From: Bacteroidetes bacterium GWF2_43_63
GTDB lineage: Bacteria; Bacteroidota; Bacteroidia; Bacteroidales; DTU049
Length of the DNA: 64,000 bases
Assembly (NCBI GenBank): GCA_001769275.1
Contig: MEOQ01000029.1
Coordinates: forward strand, 19,219-83,218
Direction of reading: 5' to 3'
Made by a program: the position numbers and the translations under genes. Numbering within the stretch: position 1 is the stretch's first letter; the number at the start of each line of letters is the position of its first letter. Below, in pieces: positions 43,561-52,362 of the stretch. The notes beneath the pieces are model-generated. The model made no database searches. It was not told where the DNA came from and saw only the letters and a program-made list of their open reading frames with translations.

Positions 43561-43594
43561 GTACTTTTCTTTTTGCAATGAAAAAGAAAAGTAC
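43561..43594. repeat. perfect 14-bp-stem hairpin
   Basis: gtacttttcttttt-gcaatg-aaaaagaaaagtac. Confidence 0.85.
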
Positions 43595-43609
43595 ACAAAA
43601 TAGCTTCGT

Positions 43610-43628
43610 AGGTTTTCCGGGAGATCCC
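43610..43628 (+). repeat. 19-nt direct repeat F, copy 2
   Basis: aggttttccgggagatccc. Confidence 0.85.
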
Positions 43629-43767
43629 TATTAATGAACTCTGAATAAGGAACAAGGGAGTGTGAATGATGAACGGTACTTTAATCAGGATTTACTTCTA
43701 ACTTCTGATTTCCTTGTTAATTGTTCAATATTCAGTTATTGTGTCTTCGTGTCCTTGTGGCGAATAT

Positions 43768-43878
43768 TCTCTGCGTCTCCGCGCCCTCTGCGCGACGCAA
43801 ATGTGAACTCTCTCTGCGCCTTAGCGCCCTCTGCGCGATGCAAATGCGAACTCACTTTGCGCCCTTTGCGCGCGACCC
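43768..43878 (+). repeat. tandem ~42-nt repeat, about 2.6 units
   Basis: tctctgcgtctccgcgccctctgcgcgacgcaaatgtgaac / tctctctgcgccttagcgccctctgcgcgatgcaaatgcgaac / tcactttgcgccctttgcgcgcgaccc. Confidence 0.8.
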
Positions 43879-43916
43879 ACTGAATCACCCTTCATCGCAG
43901 ATGAAGGGTGATTCGC
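43877..43916 (+). repeat. hairpin-containing repeat G, copy 2
   Basis: ccactgaatcacccttcatcgcagatgaagggtgattcgc, with hairpin cccttcat-cgcag-atgaaggg. Confidence 0.75.
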
Positions 43917-44026
43917 ATTAGCGTCAATGAGACCTGCTGAGGGAAGCTAAATTCTTCGCGAGAATTGGCGTAATTCGCGGAAGAAAGATGTTCGTGTCCT
44001 GATGCCTTTGTGGCATCAATCCAACT

Positions 44027-44073
44027 CTGGGCGCGCGTCTCCTGCATGCAACGTTATACGTTGACGCGTGACC
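44027..44073 (+). repeat. REP-like family C copy
   Basis: ctgggcgcgcgtctcctgcatgcaacgttatacgttgacgcgtgacc. Contains the internal palindrome caacgttatacgttg. Confidence 0.85.
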
Positions 44074-44080
44074 TGTAATA

Positions 44081-44112
44081 AAAAGGGCCGTCACTTGTGC
44101 AACGGCCCTTTC
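44081..44112 (-). terminator. intrinsic terminator after the M16 peptidase gene
   Basis: The GGGCCGT / ACGGCCC stem is flanked by AAAA (plus strand), so the minus strand reads a hairpin followed by TTTTTAT. It lies 28 nt downstream of the stop at 44140. Confidence 0.75.
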
Positions 44113-44139
44113 GGTTATGGTACTTTGTTGAAAGTATTT

Positions 44140-46944
44140 CTACTTGCTTTCGGGAAGCCAATAGTTTGTCTGAATGCTTACTCCATTGAAATATTTCTGT
44201 GCTATTTCGCAAAGTTTAGCCGGAGTAATGGCGTTGAGTCTTTGTTCAACAGTAAGAATTCTTTCAGGATCGGTTCCGTTGATATAAGCGGCCTGCAGGT
44301 TGTTCATCCAGTAATTATTTTTCTGAATATTCACCTTGTAGGTTTCTAAAGCCGGCTCGCGGACACGTTTCCAGTCATTTTCGGTAATATTTCCAGGGAT
44401 TTTAGTTTCTTCTACCAGTCGCAGGAATGTTTCATTCACAGCTACAATATTATCGGGACTGCATGGGAAATTCGACTGCATTAAAAGTTCCTCTTTCGGA
44501 AATTTTCGTACCGATCCGTAAAAACCGCCACCATAAATGGCACTCATCTTTTCGCGGATGGTATCTACAATGCGGGTGTTAATAACCGATGTCAACTGTT
44601 GCAGAATGAATACATCCTCAACATCGTATTTGGCAGCTTTGGTATAAAAATGCACCAGCTTTGCTTTTTGTTCACTTCCTTTATTGAGCGTGAAGCTGTT
44701 TTTACCACTTTTTGTGGAGAAGCCGAGATCGACATATTTTGCTTCGGATTTGCCTGCCGGAATTCCACCAATGTATTTTTCAATTAAAGGTTTGATCTGT
44801 TCTTCGGTGAACGAACCAACGAAAGTGTAATACATTCCTTTTGGATTTCCAATGCGGTCTTTGTAGAATGCAATGGCGTTGTCGATGTTGATTTTATCGT
44901 AATCAGACGGGCTGCTGATGCGGTGTGCACGCGGATTATTCTGATACAACACATTGTAAATTGTGTCGCTGAAAAGATTTTCAGGATTGTCTTTCACCTG
45001 CAGCAGTTGCTGTTTTGAGCGGGTAATGAATGAACCGAATGCATCAACGTCTTTGCGTGGCTCGGTGCATTTCAGGAAAATGAGTTGGAACATGGTCTCC
45101 ATATCTTTCACACCGCAGTTACCTGAAACATTTTCAGTGTAGTCATCAACTACCGGCGAAACACTTACGTTTTTACCAGACAGAAATTTGGTGAGATCAG
45201 CAGATGAAAATTCACCGTAGCCCATTTCATCAACGGCATTGTTGCTGAACTGTGCGCTTTGATAATCTTTTCCGGTATAAGTGCTGTAGCCACCCAATTT
45301 ACTTCCTTTAAAGACAATCTCATCGTTTTTGAAAGTAGTGGGTTTGATGCTGACAATGGCGCCGTTTCCAAGCGTGTAGGTGATGGTGCCGAGCTTTTCA
45401 TTTCTTTCGGTTTTAACAATTGCACCAGGTGTCGGTTCCGATTTCAGCAGCGATGAAGCAATCTGTTTTTCGACGTAGGGTTTAATGTCTGATTTCAAAG
45501 CCTCATCCACCCATGATTTGAGCATTTCGTTGGTGGGATTTTTGTCCGAAGTTTTGGTGGTCACATAGCAGAAATAACTCTGATCGATGTCAATGGTTTT
45601 GCGCACGGCATCGAAGTTCGAGAGAGAAATATCTTTCAGATGATCTTTCACAAAATTGTATTCCCATTCAATACCCGGGATGGGTTCACTTTCAAGATAA
45701 TTGTTCACATATTCGTTTACGAGTCGGCCTGATTCAGTTTTATTACGCTCATTATACTGCTTTTCATATTGTGAAAGCACGGTAGCTTTTGCTCTTTCGA
45801 GCTCATTTTCGGTAAACCCGAATTGTTTTGCACGAATGCATTCAACAACCAGTGCCTGAACTGCCTCTTTGATGCCATCGGGGCTGCAGGCGGCAACTCC
45901 TGAAAAGCTTTCGTAACCGCGCGCCCAGCCACCGTTGTATGCGTAGGCAAAAATAAATGGGGGAGTTGCAGAAGAAACTTTTTCATCGAGCCGTGAGTAA
46001 ATCATTGCGTATGCAAGATTATCAACCACATCGTTCAGATAGTCAGCTTCGGTTAATGTTTTTGGCTGAGGGCGCGGATTTCCAACAATGCTAACATAGG
46101 TCATGTCGGCTTCAGGGTCGCTAACAACAACAGCCTGACTTGCTGAAAATGGCTTCAATTCAAATGTTTCAGGACGTTTGCGTGCATTTGCAGGATCTTT
46201 GTGCGCTGAAAATTTTTCGATAATGAGTTTTTCAGCGTCTTCAACGGGCATGTCGCCAACAACCACCACAGCTTGCAGACTCGGGCGGTACCAGTCTTTG
46301 AAAAAGCGGCGGATAGTTTCGTATTTGAAAGATGAAATAATTTCGTCCTTTCCGATTGGCAGGCGATTGCTGTATTTCGAGCCATTGAGCATCAGAGGCA
46401 GCCACGTTTTCATCATACGGTCGTCAGCGCCTTTGCCCAGGCGGCTTTCCGAAAGAATAACGCCGCGTTCCTTGTCAATTTCTTCGTCAGTCAGCAACAC
46501 TCCACTGGCCCAGTCTGAAATCACGGTGAAAGCTTTGTCAAGTTTTTCTTTGTCATCGCTTGGAACAGGCAAAATATAAACTGTCTGATCGAATCCGGTA
46601 TAAGCATTCAGGTCGTTTCCAAACCCTACACCAATACTCTGAAGATAAGACACGAGCTCATTTCCGGGAAAGTGCGACAGACCATTGAAGCACATGTGTT
46701 CCAAAAAGTGCGCAAGGCCCTGCTGGTCGTCATCTTCGAGAATCGAACCTGCATTGACAACCAAACGAAGCTCTACTTTATTTTCGGGCTTTTCGTTGTG
46801 TCTGATATAGTACTTCAAGCCGTTGGGCAGTGTCCCGATCTTCACATCGGATGACACAGGGATTTTGTTTGTGCTCACTTGTGCGTTCACACTCAGCATT
46901 GCGCCAAGCAGAAGTCCGGTAAAGAGAACAATGAATTTTTTCAT
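44140..46944 (-). CDS. M16-family (pitrilysin-like) zinc metallopeptidase, secreted
   Basis: 934 aa. Signal peptide MKKFIVLFTGLLLGAMLSVNAQ, inverted zinc motif HFLEHMCFNG, and a two-halves M16 architecture. Confidence 0.92.
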   Translation of the reverse strand: MKKFIVLFTGLLLGAMLSVNAQVSTNKIPVSSDVKIGTLPNGLKYYIRHNEKPENKVELRLVVNAGSILEDDDQQGLAHFLEHMCFNGLSHFPGNELVSYLQSIGVGFGNDLNAYTGFDQTVYILPVPSDDKEKLDKAFTVISDWASGVLLTDEEIDKERGVILSESRLGKGADDRMMKTWLPLMLNGSKYSNRLPIGKDEIISSFKYETIRRFFKDWYRPSLQAVVVVGDMPVEDAEKLIIEKFSAHKDPANARKRPETFELKPFSASQAVVVSDPEADMTYVSIVGNPRPQPKTLTEADYLNDVVDNLAYAMIYSRLDEKVSSATPPFIFAYAYNGGWARGYESFSGVAACSPDGIKEAVQALVVECIRAKQFGFTENELERAKATVLSQYEKQYNERNKTESGRLVNEYVNNYLESEPIPGIEWEYNFVKDHLKDISLSNFDAVRKTIDIDQSYFCYVTTKTSDKNPTNEMLKSWVDEALKSDIKPYVEKQIASSLLKSEPTPGAIVKTERNEKLGTITYTLGNGAIVSIKPTTFKNDEIVFKGSKLGGYSTYTGKDYQSAQFSNNAVDEMGYGEFSSADLTKFLSGKNVSVSPVVDDYTENVSGNCGVKDMETMFQLIFLKCTEPRKDVDAFGSFITRSKQQLLQVKDNPENLFSDTIYNVLYQNNPRAHRISSPSDYDKINIDNAIAFYKDRIGNPKGMYYTFVGSFTEEQIKPLIEKYIGGIPAGKSEAKYVDLGFSTKSGKNSFTLNKGSEQKAKLVHFYTKAAKYDVEDVFILQQLTSVINTRIVDTIREKMSAIYGGGFYGSVRKFPKEELLMQSNFPCSPDNIVAVNETFLRLVEETKIPGNITENDWKRVREPALETYKVNIQKNNYWMNNLQAAYINGTDPERILTVEQRLNAITPAKLCEIAQKYFNGVSIQTNYWLPESK

Positions 46945-46976
46945 CGGATTTTTTAATTTTAAATTTAATTGGCAAA

Positions 46977-46984
46977 CAAATCTA
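46977..46984 (-). promoter_or_regulatory. -7 box TAGATTTG upstream of the M16 peptidase gene
   Basis: CAAATCTA on the plus strand, 32 nt upstream of ATG 46944. Confidence 0.4.
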
Positions 46985-47295
46985 ACTCTTCTTTTTACAA
47001 TTTATTTCATAAAATCTGCAAACTGAATTTTATTTTTGATTCGAAAATTTATAAACATCAGTAAATCAACTAGTAAAACTAAACCACTTGTCCTTTTTAC
47101 CAAAAAAAAATCGACAAACGGGTTTGAGCAAAACGCACAATGCACAGGTCATGAGGCATGCGGCATGAGGCCTGCGGCTTGCAGTCCCGCTCCTTCGCAG
47201 CGGACTCGCTCATGACTTTCGAGAGTCGCGGAGCGTCCTGAAAGAGTCGGAAAGATGCAGCGCACCTCCCCAATCAGCATGATTAACTCCCCGCC

Positions 47296-47381
47296 TGTAA
47301 CGCTTGTAACGTGTAACGACTGTAACAATTGTAACGTCTGTAACGATTGTAACGCTTGTAACGCGTAACGACTGTAACGAC
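47296..47381. repeat. tandem array of about 10 units of a 9-nt repeat TGTAACGNN
   Basis: tgtaacgct tgtaacg tgtaacgac tgtaacaat tgtaacgtc tgtaacgat tgtaacgct tgtaacgc gtaacgac tgtaacgac. A degenerate cgcgtaacgaac lies at ~47418. Confidence 0.9.
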
Positions 47382-47440
47382 TCCCGCTTCCAGCGGGATA
47401 AATTCCACGACTGTCTCGCGTAACGAACTCCTCAATTAAC

Positions 47441-47448
47441 TATCTTTG
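47441..47448 (+). promoter_or_regulatory. -7 box TATCTTTG upstream of the flavin reductase gene
   Basis: 16 nt upstream of ATG 47465. Confidence 0.5.
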
Positions 47449-47464
47449 CAAAAACGACACAACA

Positions 47465-48034
47465 ATGATTCAAGAAAAACATATCTGGAAACCTGGCAAC
47501 ATGCTTTATCCTTTACCGGTAGTCATGGTTTCATGCGGTAATGCCGACGTTCGCAACATTATTACCATTGCATGGACCGGCACTTTGTGCACGACTCCAC
47601 CCATGGTGTACATCTCAGTGCGGCCTGAACGCCATTCATATGCAATGATAAAAGAACAGATGGCATTTACGATTAATCTTGTGGATAAAAATCTGGTGAA
47701 AGCAGCCGACTTCTGCGGAGTCCGGAGTGGGAAAGACCTCGACAAGTTTAAAACCATGAAACTCACGCCTGTGGCCGGAATTCAGATTCCTTGTCCGTAT
47801 ATTGCCGAAAGCCCGCTGTCGATGGAATGCAAAGTGACACAGATTATCGAGCTGGGTTCGCACCACATGTTCATGGCCGAAGTGCTTAACACCATTGCCG
47901 ACGAAAGATTCTTCAACACAAGAACGTCAAAATTCGAAATCGAACGTGCCGCTCTGATAAACTACAATCATGGTGGATACTTCGAGCATGGCGATCTGGT
48001 TGGAACGTTTGGCTATTCGGTGAAGAAGAAATGA
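47465..48034 (+). CDS. flavin reductase-like FMN-binding protein
   Basis: 189 aa. LYPLPVVMVSCG...NIITIAWTGTLCTTPPMVYISVRP matches the flavin_reduct split-barrel pattern. Confidence 0.88.
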   Translation: MIQEKHIWKPGNMLYPLPVVMVSCGNADVRNIITIAWTGTLCTTPPMVYISVRPERHSYAMIKEQMAFTINLVDKNLVKAADFCGVRSGKDLDKFKTMKLTPVAGIQIPCPYIAESPLSMECKVTQIIELGSHHMFMAEVLNTIADERFFNTRTSKFEIERAALINYNHGGYFEHGDLVGTFGYSVKKK

Positions 48035-48164
48035 TTTGCTGATGTACTCATGTGGAAATGTGAGACTTCGTCCATGTGCGGCTTCGCCGATGTGTGAATA
48101 CGATACCCTGGAAAAAATACGATTTAAAATGTGCAGTTTGCAAAAAGGCACTGCGGCTTTTCTT

Positions 48165-48201
48165 CAACCTCTCTGCGTCGCAAAGCGACCTGAGTGCGTT
48201 G
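48165..48201 (+). repeat. REP-like family D copy
   Basis: caacctctctgcgtcgcaaagcgacctgagtgcgttg. Confidence 0.85.
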
Positions 48202-48351
48202 AAGAAACCAGCCTCATTTAGCATAATGCTTGGTGCATGATAATGTTAGGTGCCAGACTAAGCTTCGCTCTCACACTGTCCAAAACTCCTTCTCATCCGC
48301 TGCGGCGGACTGAATGCTGATAGCTGACTGCTGCCAGTTGGTTTGCTGGTT

Positions 48352-48906
48352 TTAGTTTTTCGGCTGCCAGTTTGGATTGAATTGCATGGCCTGCGGTCCG
48401 ATGTGGCCAACATCAATATTCACGGCGCTTTTATTATCATCGGAACGAAACTCGTCAATGATCAGGCAGAATGCGATGATCAGCTCATAGTTGCAATCAT
48501 TGTCGGCCACGATTGTGTAGTTGTCACCATTGAACCAAGAAACAATTTCCTTATCCCACCAGGCAATCTGAATTCCGTTTTTACAGACAGAATATTTCCG
48601 GCCCCGGTGTCCGTAAATTTCATAGGTGTCTTTGTTTAAAACACAGCGATAATGCAGTCTCCAGTATGAAACAGTTTCGAATTGAATTTCCGTACCGATG
48701 GGAAAAATGATTCTGTATTTTGCACGAAACAAGCTCAATTTCTTTTTAATTGTTAAGCGCACCTGCTGATTGATCGCATCGGACAATTGAATTTCGGCCA
48801 GAAATCTGAAAAGCTTTTTCGCTCCGGAATAGCGCTGCTGGCCATCGATAAATATCTGGTATTTGTCTCCGATGGAGATTTTTTTCTGATTGATGTCAAT
48901 TCTCAT
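48352..48906 (-). CDS. hypothetical protein, possibly tubby C-terminal-like / LURP-one-related fold
   Basis: 184 aa. The opening pattern KKISIGDKYQIFIDGQQRYSGAKKLFRF...LSLFRAKYRI resembles the LOR/DUF567 layout. Assignment is tentative. Confidence 0.5.
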   Translation of the reverse strand: MRIDINQKKISIGDKYQIFIDGQQRYSGAKKLFRFLAEIQLSDAINQQVRLTIKKKLSLFRAKYRIIFPIGTEIQFETVSYWRLHYRCVLNKDTYEIYGHRGRKYSVCKNGIQIAWWDKEIVSWFNGDNYTIVADNDCNYELIIAFCLIIDEFRSDDNKSAVNIDVGHIGPQAMQFNPNWQPKN

Positions 48907-48917
48907 AGGGTGTTTTT

Positions 48918-49412
48918 TTATTGGACCTGAATAATTTTCACTTCAACTCTTCGGTTGATGGAGTGCATGGGTTCCTGCAATTCTTTTGATTGAAGTGCGT
49001 CAATTTCTTCTTTTAAAATAAGTGGTTGTTGTCTACCGTAGCCTTTTATTTCAATTCTGGTCGGATCAATTTCAAACAAACCAACGAGTACTTCTTTAAC
49101 TGATCCTGCCCGATGATAGGAAATGGTGTCATTGAAGTCATCCGTGCCGCGGTAATCGGTGTGCACGCCAATTTCAATGCACATTCCGGGATGCGCATTC
49201 AGAAAATCGGCAATTATTTTTACCGAGTCTTCGCATTCAGGAAGAACGCGTGACCCTCCGCTCAGGGTAAACAAAATTTTAGGTGCCAAAATATTGTCTC
49301 CGGCAGCGAATACCGAATCGTTGAATGATTTATAACCAGCAATGTGCTGTTGCGCATGAATTGGGGTTAGCAACCCAGCGAAAAGCCAGAATATGCAAAA
49401 GATTTTCTTCAT
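48918..49412 (-). CDS. OmpA-like peptidoglycan-binding domain protein
   Basis: 164 aa. Signal peptide MKKIFCIFWLFAGLLTPIHAQ. IEIGVHTDYRGTDDFNDTISYHRAGSVKEVLV...IEIKGYGRQQP...NRRVEVKII is the OmpA_C-like core. Confidence 0.8.
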   Translation of the reverse strand: MKKIFCIFWLFAGLLTPIHAQQHIAGYKSFNDSVFAAGDNILAPKILFTLSGGSRVLPECEDSVKIIADFLNAHPGMCIEIGVHTDYRGTDDFNDTISYHRAGSVKEVLVGLFEIDPTRIEIKGYGRQQPLILKEEIDALQSKELQEPMHSINRRVEVKIIQVQ

Positions 49413-50200
49413 TCAATACGCATTACTGTATTCTCCGAAATTACGAAAACAGATGGATCTGTATAAGGATTTACCCGAATAAAGCCTTCTTCAAAGCCCC
49501 AGTTTTCGCTGAGTGATTCGGCATTAATAATCAGCATACGGCTGTCTTTTCTGAATTCTGAACCACTATAGTTATTCATAAACGGAAGCTGTGAATAAAT
49601 AATTTTACCAGTAATCCGGTCAACAATAGCCATTTGCTGACAACTGCTCCCACAGCCCCACGTAACAATTGTGTAATGACCGGCAAAGTTCACCCCTTCG
49701 TCTTCACATCCATTTTTAATTCTTGTAACAAATTTCAATGCACTGCGATCTGTCGAAAAATCTGGCATTGCAAGTTTTCCTGAATATATTTCAGCAACAT
49801 CAAAATCGCAAAAATCATTTTTGAAGCTGAATTTCACAAACACGCCAGGCGTGGCAATAGCTTCATAGTTTGCAACAATAATTTTTTTTGGATCTTCGAA
49901 AACGGTATCGCCGTGTTTATAAAATTTTGATTTTTCACCATGTTTCAGAATTTCATACTTCATAAGTTTCGACGCTTTGAACATGATATTGTCGATCTTA
50001 ATAATCGTGTCGCCTGATATAGGATTAAAACAATTATCAAGTCTATCAATACCATTAAATGCTGATTTTTCAGCATTACTATTTTGACTATTGCATGAAT
50101 AAAGAATTAAAGTAAAGGCAATGAAAACCCACAGAAAATAATCAGTGATTTTTCGATTCTCTAATAAGTAGATTAATTGTTTTAAACAGGAATTAATCAT
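49409..50200 (-). CDS. hypothetical lipoprotein
   Basis: 263 aa with lipobox ...FTLILYSC. C-terminal motif NFAGHYTIVTWGCGSSCQ. The stop overlaps the ATG of the OmpA-like gene (4-nt overlap). Confidence 0.6.
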   Translation of the reverse strand: MINSCLKQLIYLLENRKITDYFLWVFIAFTLILYSCNSQNSNAEKSAFNGIDRLDNCFNPISGDTIIKIDNIMFKASKLMKYEILKHGEKSKFYKHGDTVFEDPKKIIVANYEAIATPGVFVKFSFKNDFCDFDVAEIYSGKLAMPDFSTDRSALKFVTRIKNGCEDEGVNFAGHYTIVTWGCGSSCQQMAIVDRITGKIIYSQLPFMNNYSGSEFRKDSRMLIINAESLSENWGFEEGFIRVNPYTDPSVFVISENTVMRIE

Positions 50201-50274
50201 TAATCGAAAATATGCATTTTATTGATTGAAAATCTTCCATTCATAAATCACCAACAATAATGTTTTTCATTTTT

Positions 50275-52362
50275 CTATTCCTTGAAAAATTTCAATGAAT
50301 GAATTCCCGCTTTGTTGCTGATGGAGAGCAAATACATGCCATTGCTCAGTTGATGAACCGGCACAACGATGTAACCGCCCTGAGCTTGCTGAATACTTGA
50401 ATAGACGCGGCGTCCATGCAAATCGAAAACAATCACTTCGCAATCAGATTCAGCACCAGCGATGGTAATATAATCTTTTGCAGGATTTGGAAACAGCATC
50501 AAATCTGGTTTACTGAAATCAGCGACTGAAACAGGCGAGGTGCGGTAATTACATTTGAATCCCTGCGCGTGCGTGGTAGCCGTTGTTTTGAGCGTGATGG
50601 TCATGGTGCCGTTGGCGGAATACAAAACCGGAGGCAGTTGGTTGCCTTTGAAATCACCAAGTATGACATTTGTTGTATGATCGGTTACTCTGACGTAATC
50701 GCTGGAATCCACATCAAATTCTGAAAATGAAAGAAGTATCGGCTCGCCTGATGCCGGCTCAATTTTCCAGCGACAGAAATTATTTCCGTGGTACATGTAA
50801 GGACCAGAGCCATCTTCGATGGTGTCGGATTCAGCAGTAATTGTTGACAACGCCGTGCAGAATCCAAAAGGAGAAACAATGCTATAGGAAATCAGAAAGC
50901 CGGCTGCAGTGTCAGCGGCATTGCTTGTGAATGTAAGAAATACGCGATCGCCCGTGGACTGAATTATTGAAGGAATCGAAGAACCGCTGTAGGAGCCAAG
51001 TACAGGCGCCGAAGTGTTTTCTCCGTCGTAGATTGTCAGCACATCGTTGACGCTCTCAGTTTCAAAGCGGTCGAACGTAAGTTTAATGCTGGTTGCGCTG
51101 TCGTCCGGAGCAATCAGCCAGGAGCAATCCGTATTGTTGCGATAGCCGAACAAAGGTCCGGAGCCGTCATCGATGGTACCGTCGCGTGAGCTGACCGTGT
51201 CGGTTCCGTTGCAATAATATGGGTATGGGCCATCGGGATACATGTTGACAACTAGTTCATGCATCAAAGTAAAATCAGCTCCACTGGGTGTCAGATTGCT
51301 GGTGTAGAAATAGCCGTCGGCAGAGCCGCCCCAGCCCCAGTTGAAGTGAAAAAAACAGGTATCCTGATAGCCATCCACCACGAAAGCGTGTCCGCTCATA
51401 TAGATGGTGTCGCCCCAGCCCGCATAATACATGGGCAGTCCGCGTTCAAGGTGACTGATAATAACGCTATCCCAGTTGAGCGTAACCGAATCACGGAAAA
51501 TGTATCGGGTTGAATCGACATATTTGAAAAAAGTTTTTAAAACATGAGCTGCCTTGTGGTTGTTCATTCCGCTTCCGTCGGGGCCATAGTGCATATCGAC
51601 GCCAACTCCGATATTATAGATAAGTTCTGCTGTCTCCGGATTGGTGCGGGTGAGTGCGGTAGCCATTTCGTTAAAATCATAGGTCGCAGCAGCATAATCA
51701 ACGGTGAGCGTTCCATACACCGTGTCTTCGCTTGTGTAGGACCCAACGCCGGATTGCGGCCAGCGAAAATAATTCACCAATTGTCCAAGTGCTGTGGCCA
51801 CACAACCAGTATAACATTTATCATCGGGTCCATCGGGATCGGCCGGACAGAATTCATTGTAGTAAGTTACCTGATACCATTTTGTTGTCAGAAGAGGTGC
51901 AACCTGTCCTTTCGGCGCATTAATGCTTCCAATCATATAATCGGCCCAAAGCTGTTGATTTTCCGGATTCTGATAATTTTTCAAAACAGATGTTTCGTAA
52001 ACTTGTTTTGAATAATTTTCGAGCAATGCATTCAATGCCGGATTTGAATGATTTTGCGGGCAGTGGTTTTCGGACGAATAAGCCACAACGGGAACAATAT
52101 TTTTATTGGCGGAAACAATTATAAATCCCTCCGGAAAAAGATTGAAAACATAGTAGGTTGTTTCCCCATTTAATACGCCGGTATAAGATTCTGCAAAATA
52201 AGGTGCGAAACTGTTTCCAAGCCGTTGTGTTGCAAAATTGGCCGCCACAGTGCTTGCTTCTTCCGGAGTGACGCTCTGCGCTTTTGCAAGATTGCCGTAA
52301 AACAAATCAAGGGCAAGGAACAACGCCAGGCCCGCAACAAATCTCATTGATTTGAATTTCAT
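50275..52362 (-). CDS. C10-family cysteine peptidase with two CUB-like domains and T9SS C-terminal domain
   Basis: 695 aa.
- Catalytic contexts: YTGCVATALGQLVNYF, GHAFVVDGY, HFNWGWGGSADGYF.
- Two CUB-like modules: GTIDDGSGPLFGYRNNTDCSWLI... and DTIEDGSGPYMYHGNNFCRWKI....
- C-terminus: LFPNPAKDYITI...GMYLLSISN. Confidence 0.9.
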   Translation of the reverse strand: MKFKSMRFVAGLALFLALDLFYGNLAKAQSVTPEEASTVAANFATQRLGNSFAPYFAESYTGVLNGETTYYVFNLFPEGFIIVSANKNIVPVVAYSSENHCPQNHSNPALNALLENYSKQVYETSVLKNYQNPENQQLWADYMIGSINAPKGQVAPLLTTKWYQVTYYNEFCPADPDGPDDKCYTGCVATALGQLVNYFRWPQSGVGSYTSEDTVYGTLTVDYAAATYDFNEMATALTRTNPETAELIYNIGVGVDMHYGPDGSGMNNHKAAHVLKTFFKYVDSTRYIFRDSVTLNWDSVIISHLERGLPMYYAGWGDTIYMSGHAFVVDGYQDTCFFHFNWGWGGSADGYFYTSNLTPSGADFTLMHELVVNMYPDGPYPYYCNGTDTVSSRDGTIDDGSGPLFGYRNNTDCSWLIAPDDSATSIKLTFDRFETESVNDVLTIYDGENTSAPVLGSYSGSSIPSIIQSTGDRVFLTFTSNAADTAAGFLISYSIVSPFGFCTALSTITAESDTIEDGSGPYMYHGNNFCRWKIEPASGEPILLSFSEFDVDSSDYVRVTDHTTNVILGDFKGNQLPPVLYSANGTMTITLKTTATTHAQGFKCNYRTSPVSVADFSKPDLMLFPNPAKDYITIAGAESDCEVIVFDLHGRRVYSSIQQAQGGYIVVPVHQLSNGMYLLSISNKAGIHSLKFFKE

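Noticed and set aside
43094-43581. 100-aa and 89-aa ORFs in the repeat mosaic
   Set aside because: They are built from repeat words shared with non-coding copies elsewhere. They have no promoter box or start context and overlap each other out of frame.
43768-43878. Possible CRISPR array
   Set aside because: The ~42-nt units are contiguous with no spacers, there are only about 2.6 of them, they are imperfect, and no cas genes are in the window.
39713-44139. Complete mobile element (integrative element or IS) around the mrr islet
   Set aside because: No integrase, transposase, relaxase or tRNA target is present. Only repeats and a compositional shift are seen, so it is reported as a hypothesis rather than a mobile_element feature.
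47100-47464. Riboswitch (for example FMN) upstream of the flavin reductase gene
   Set aside because: I could not recognise any conserved riboswitch core sequence. The region is explained by repeat words and the 9-nt array.
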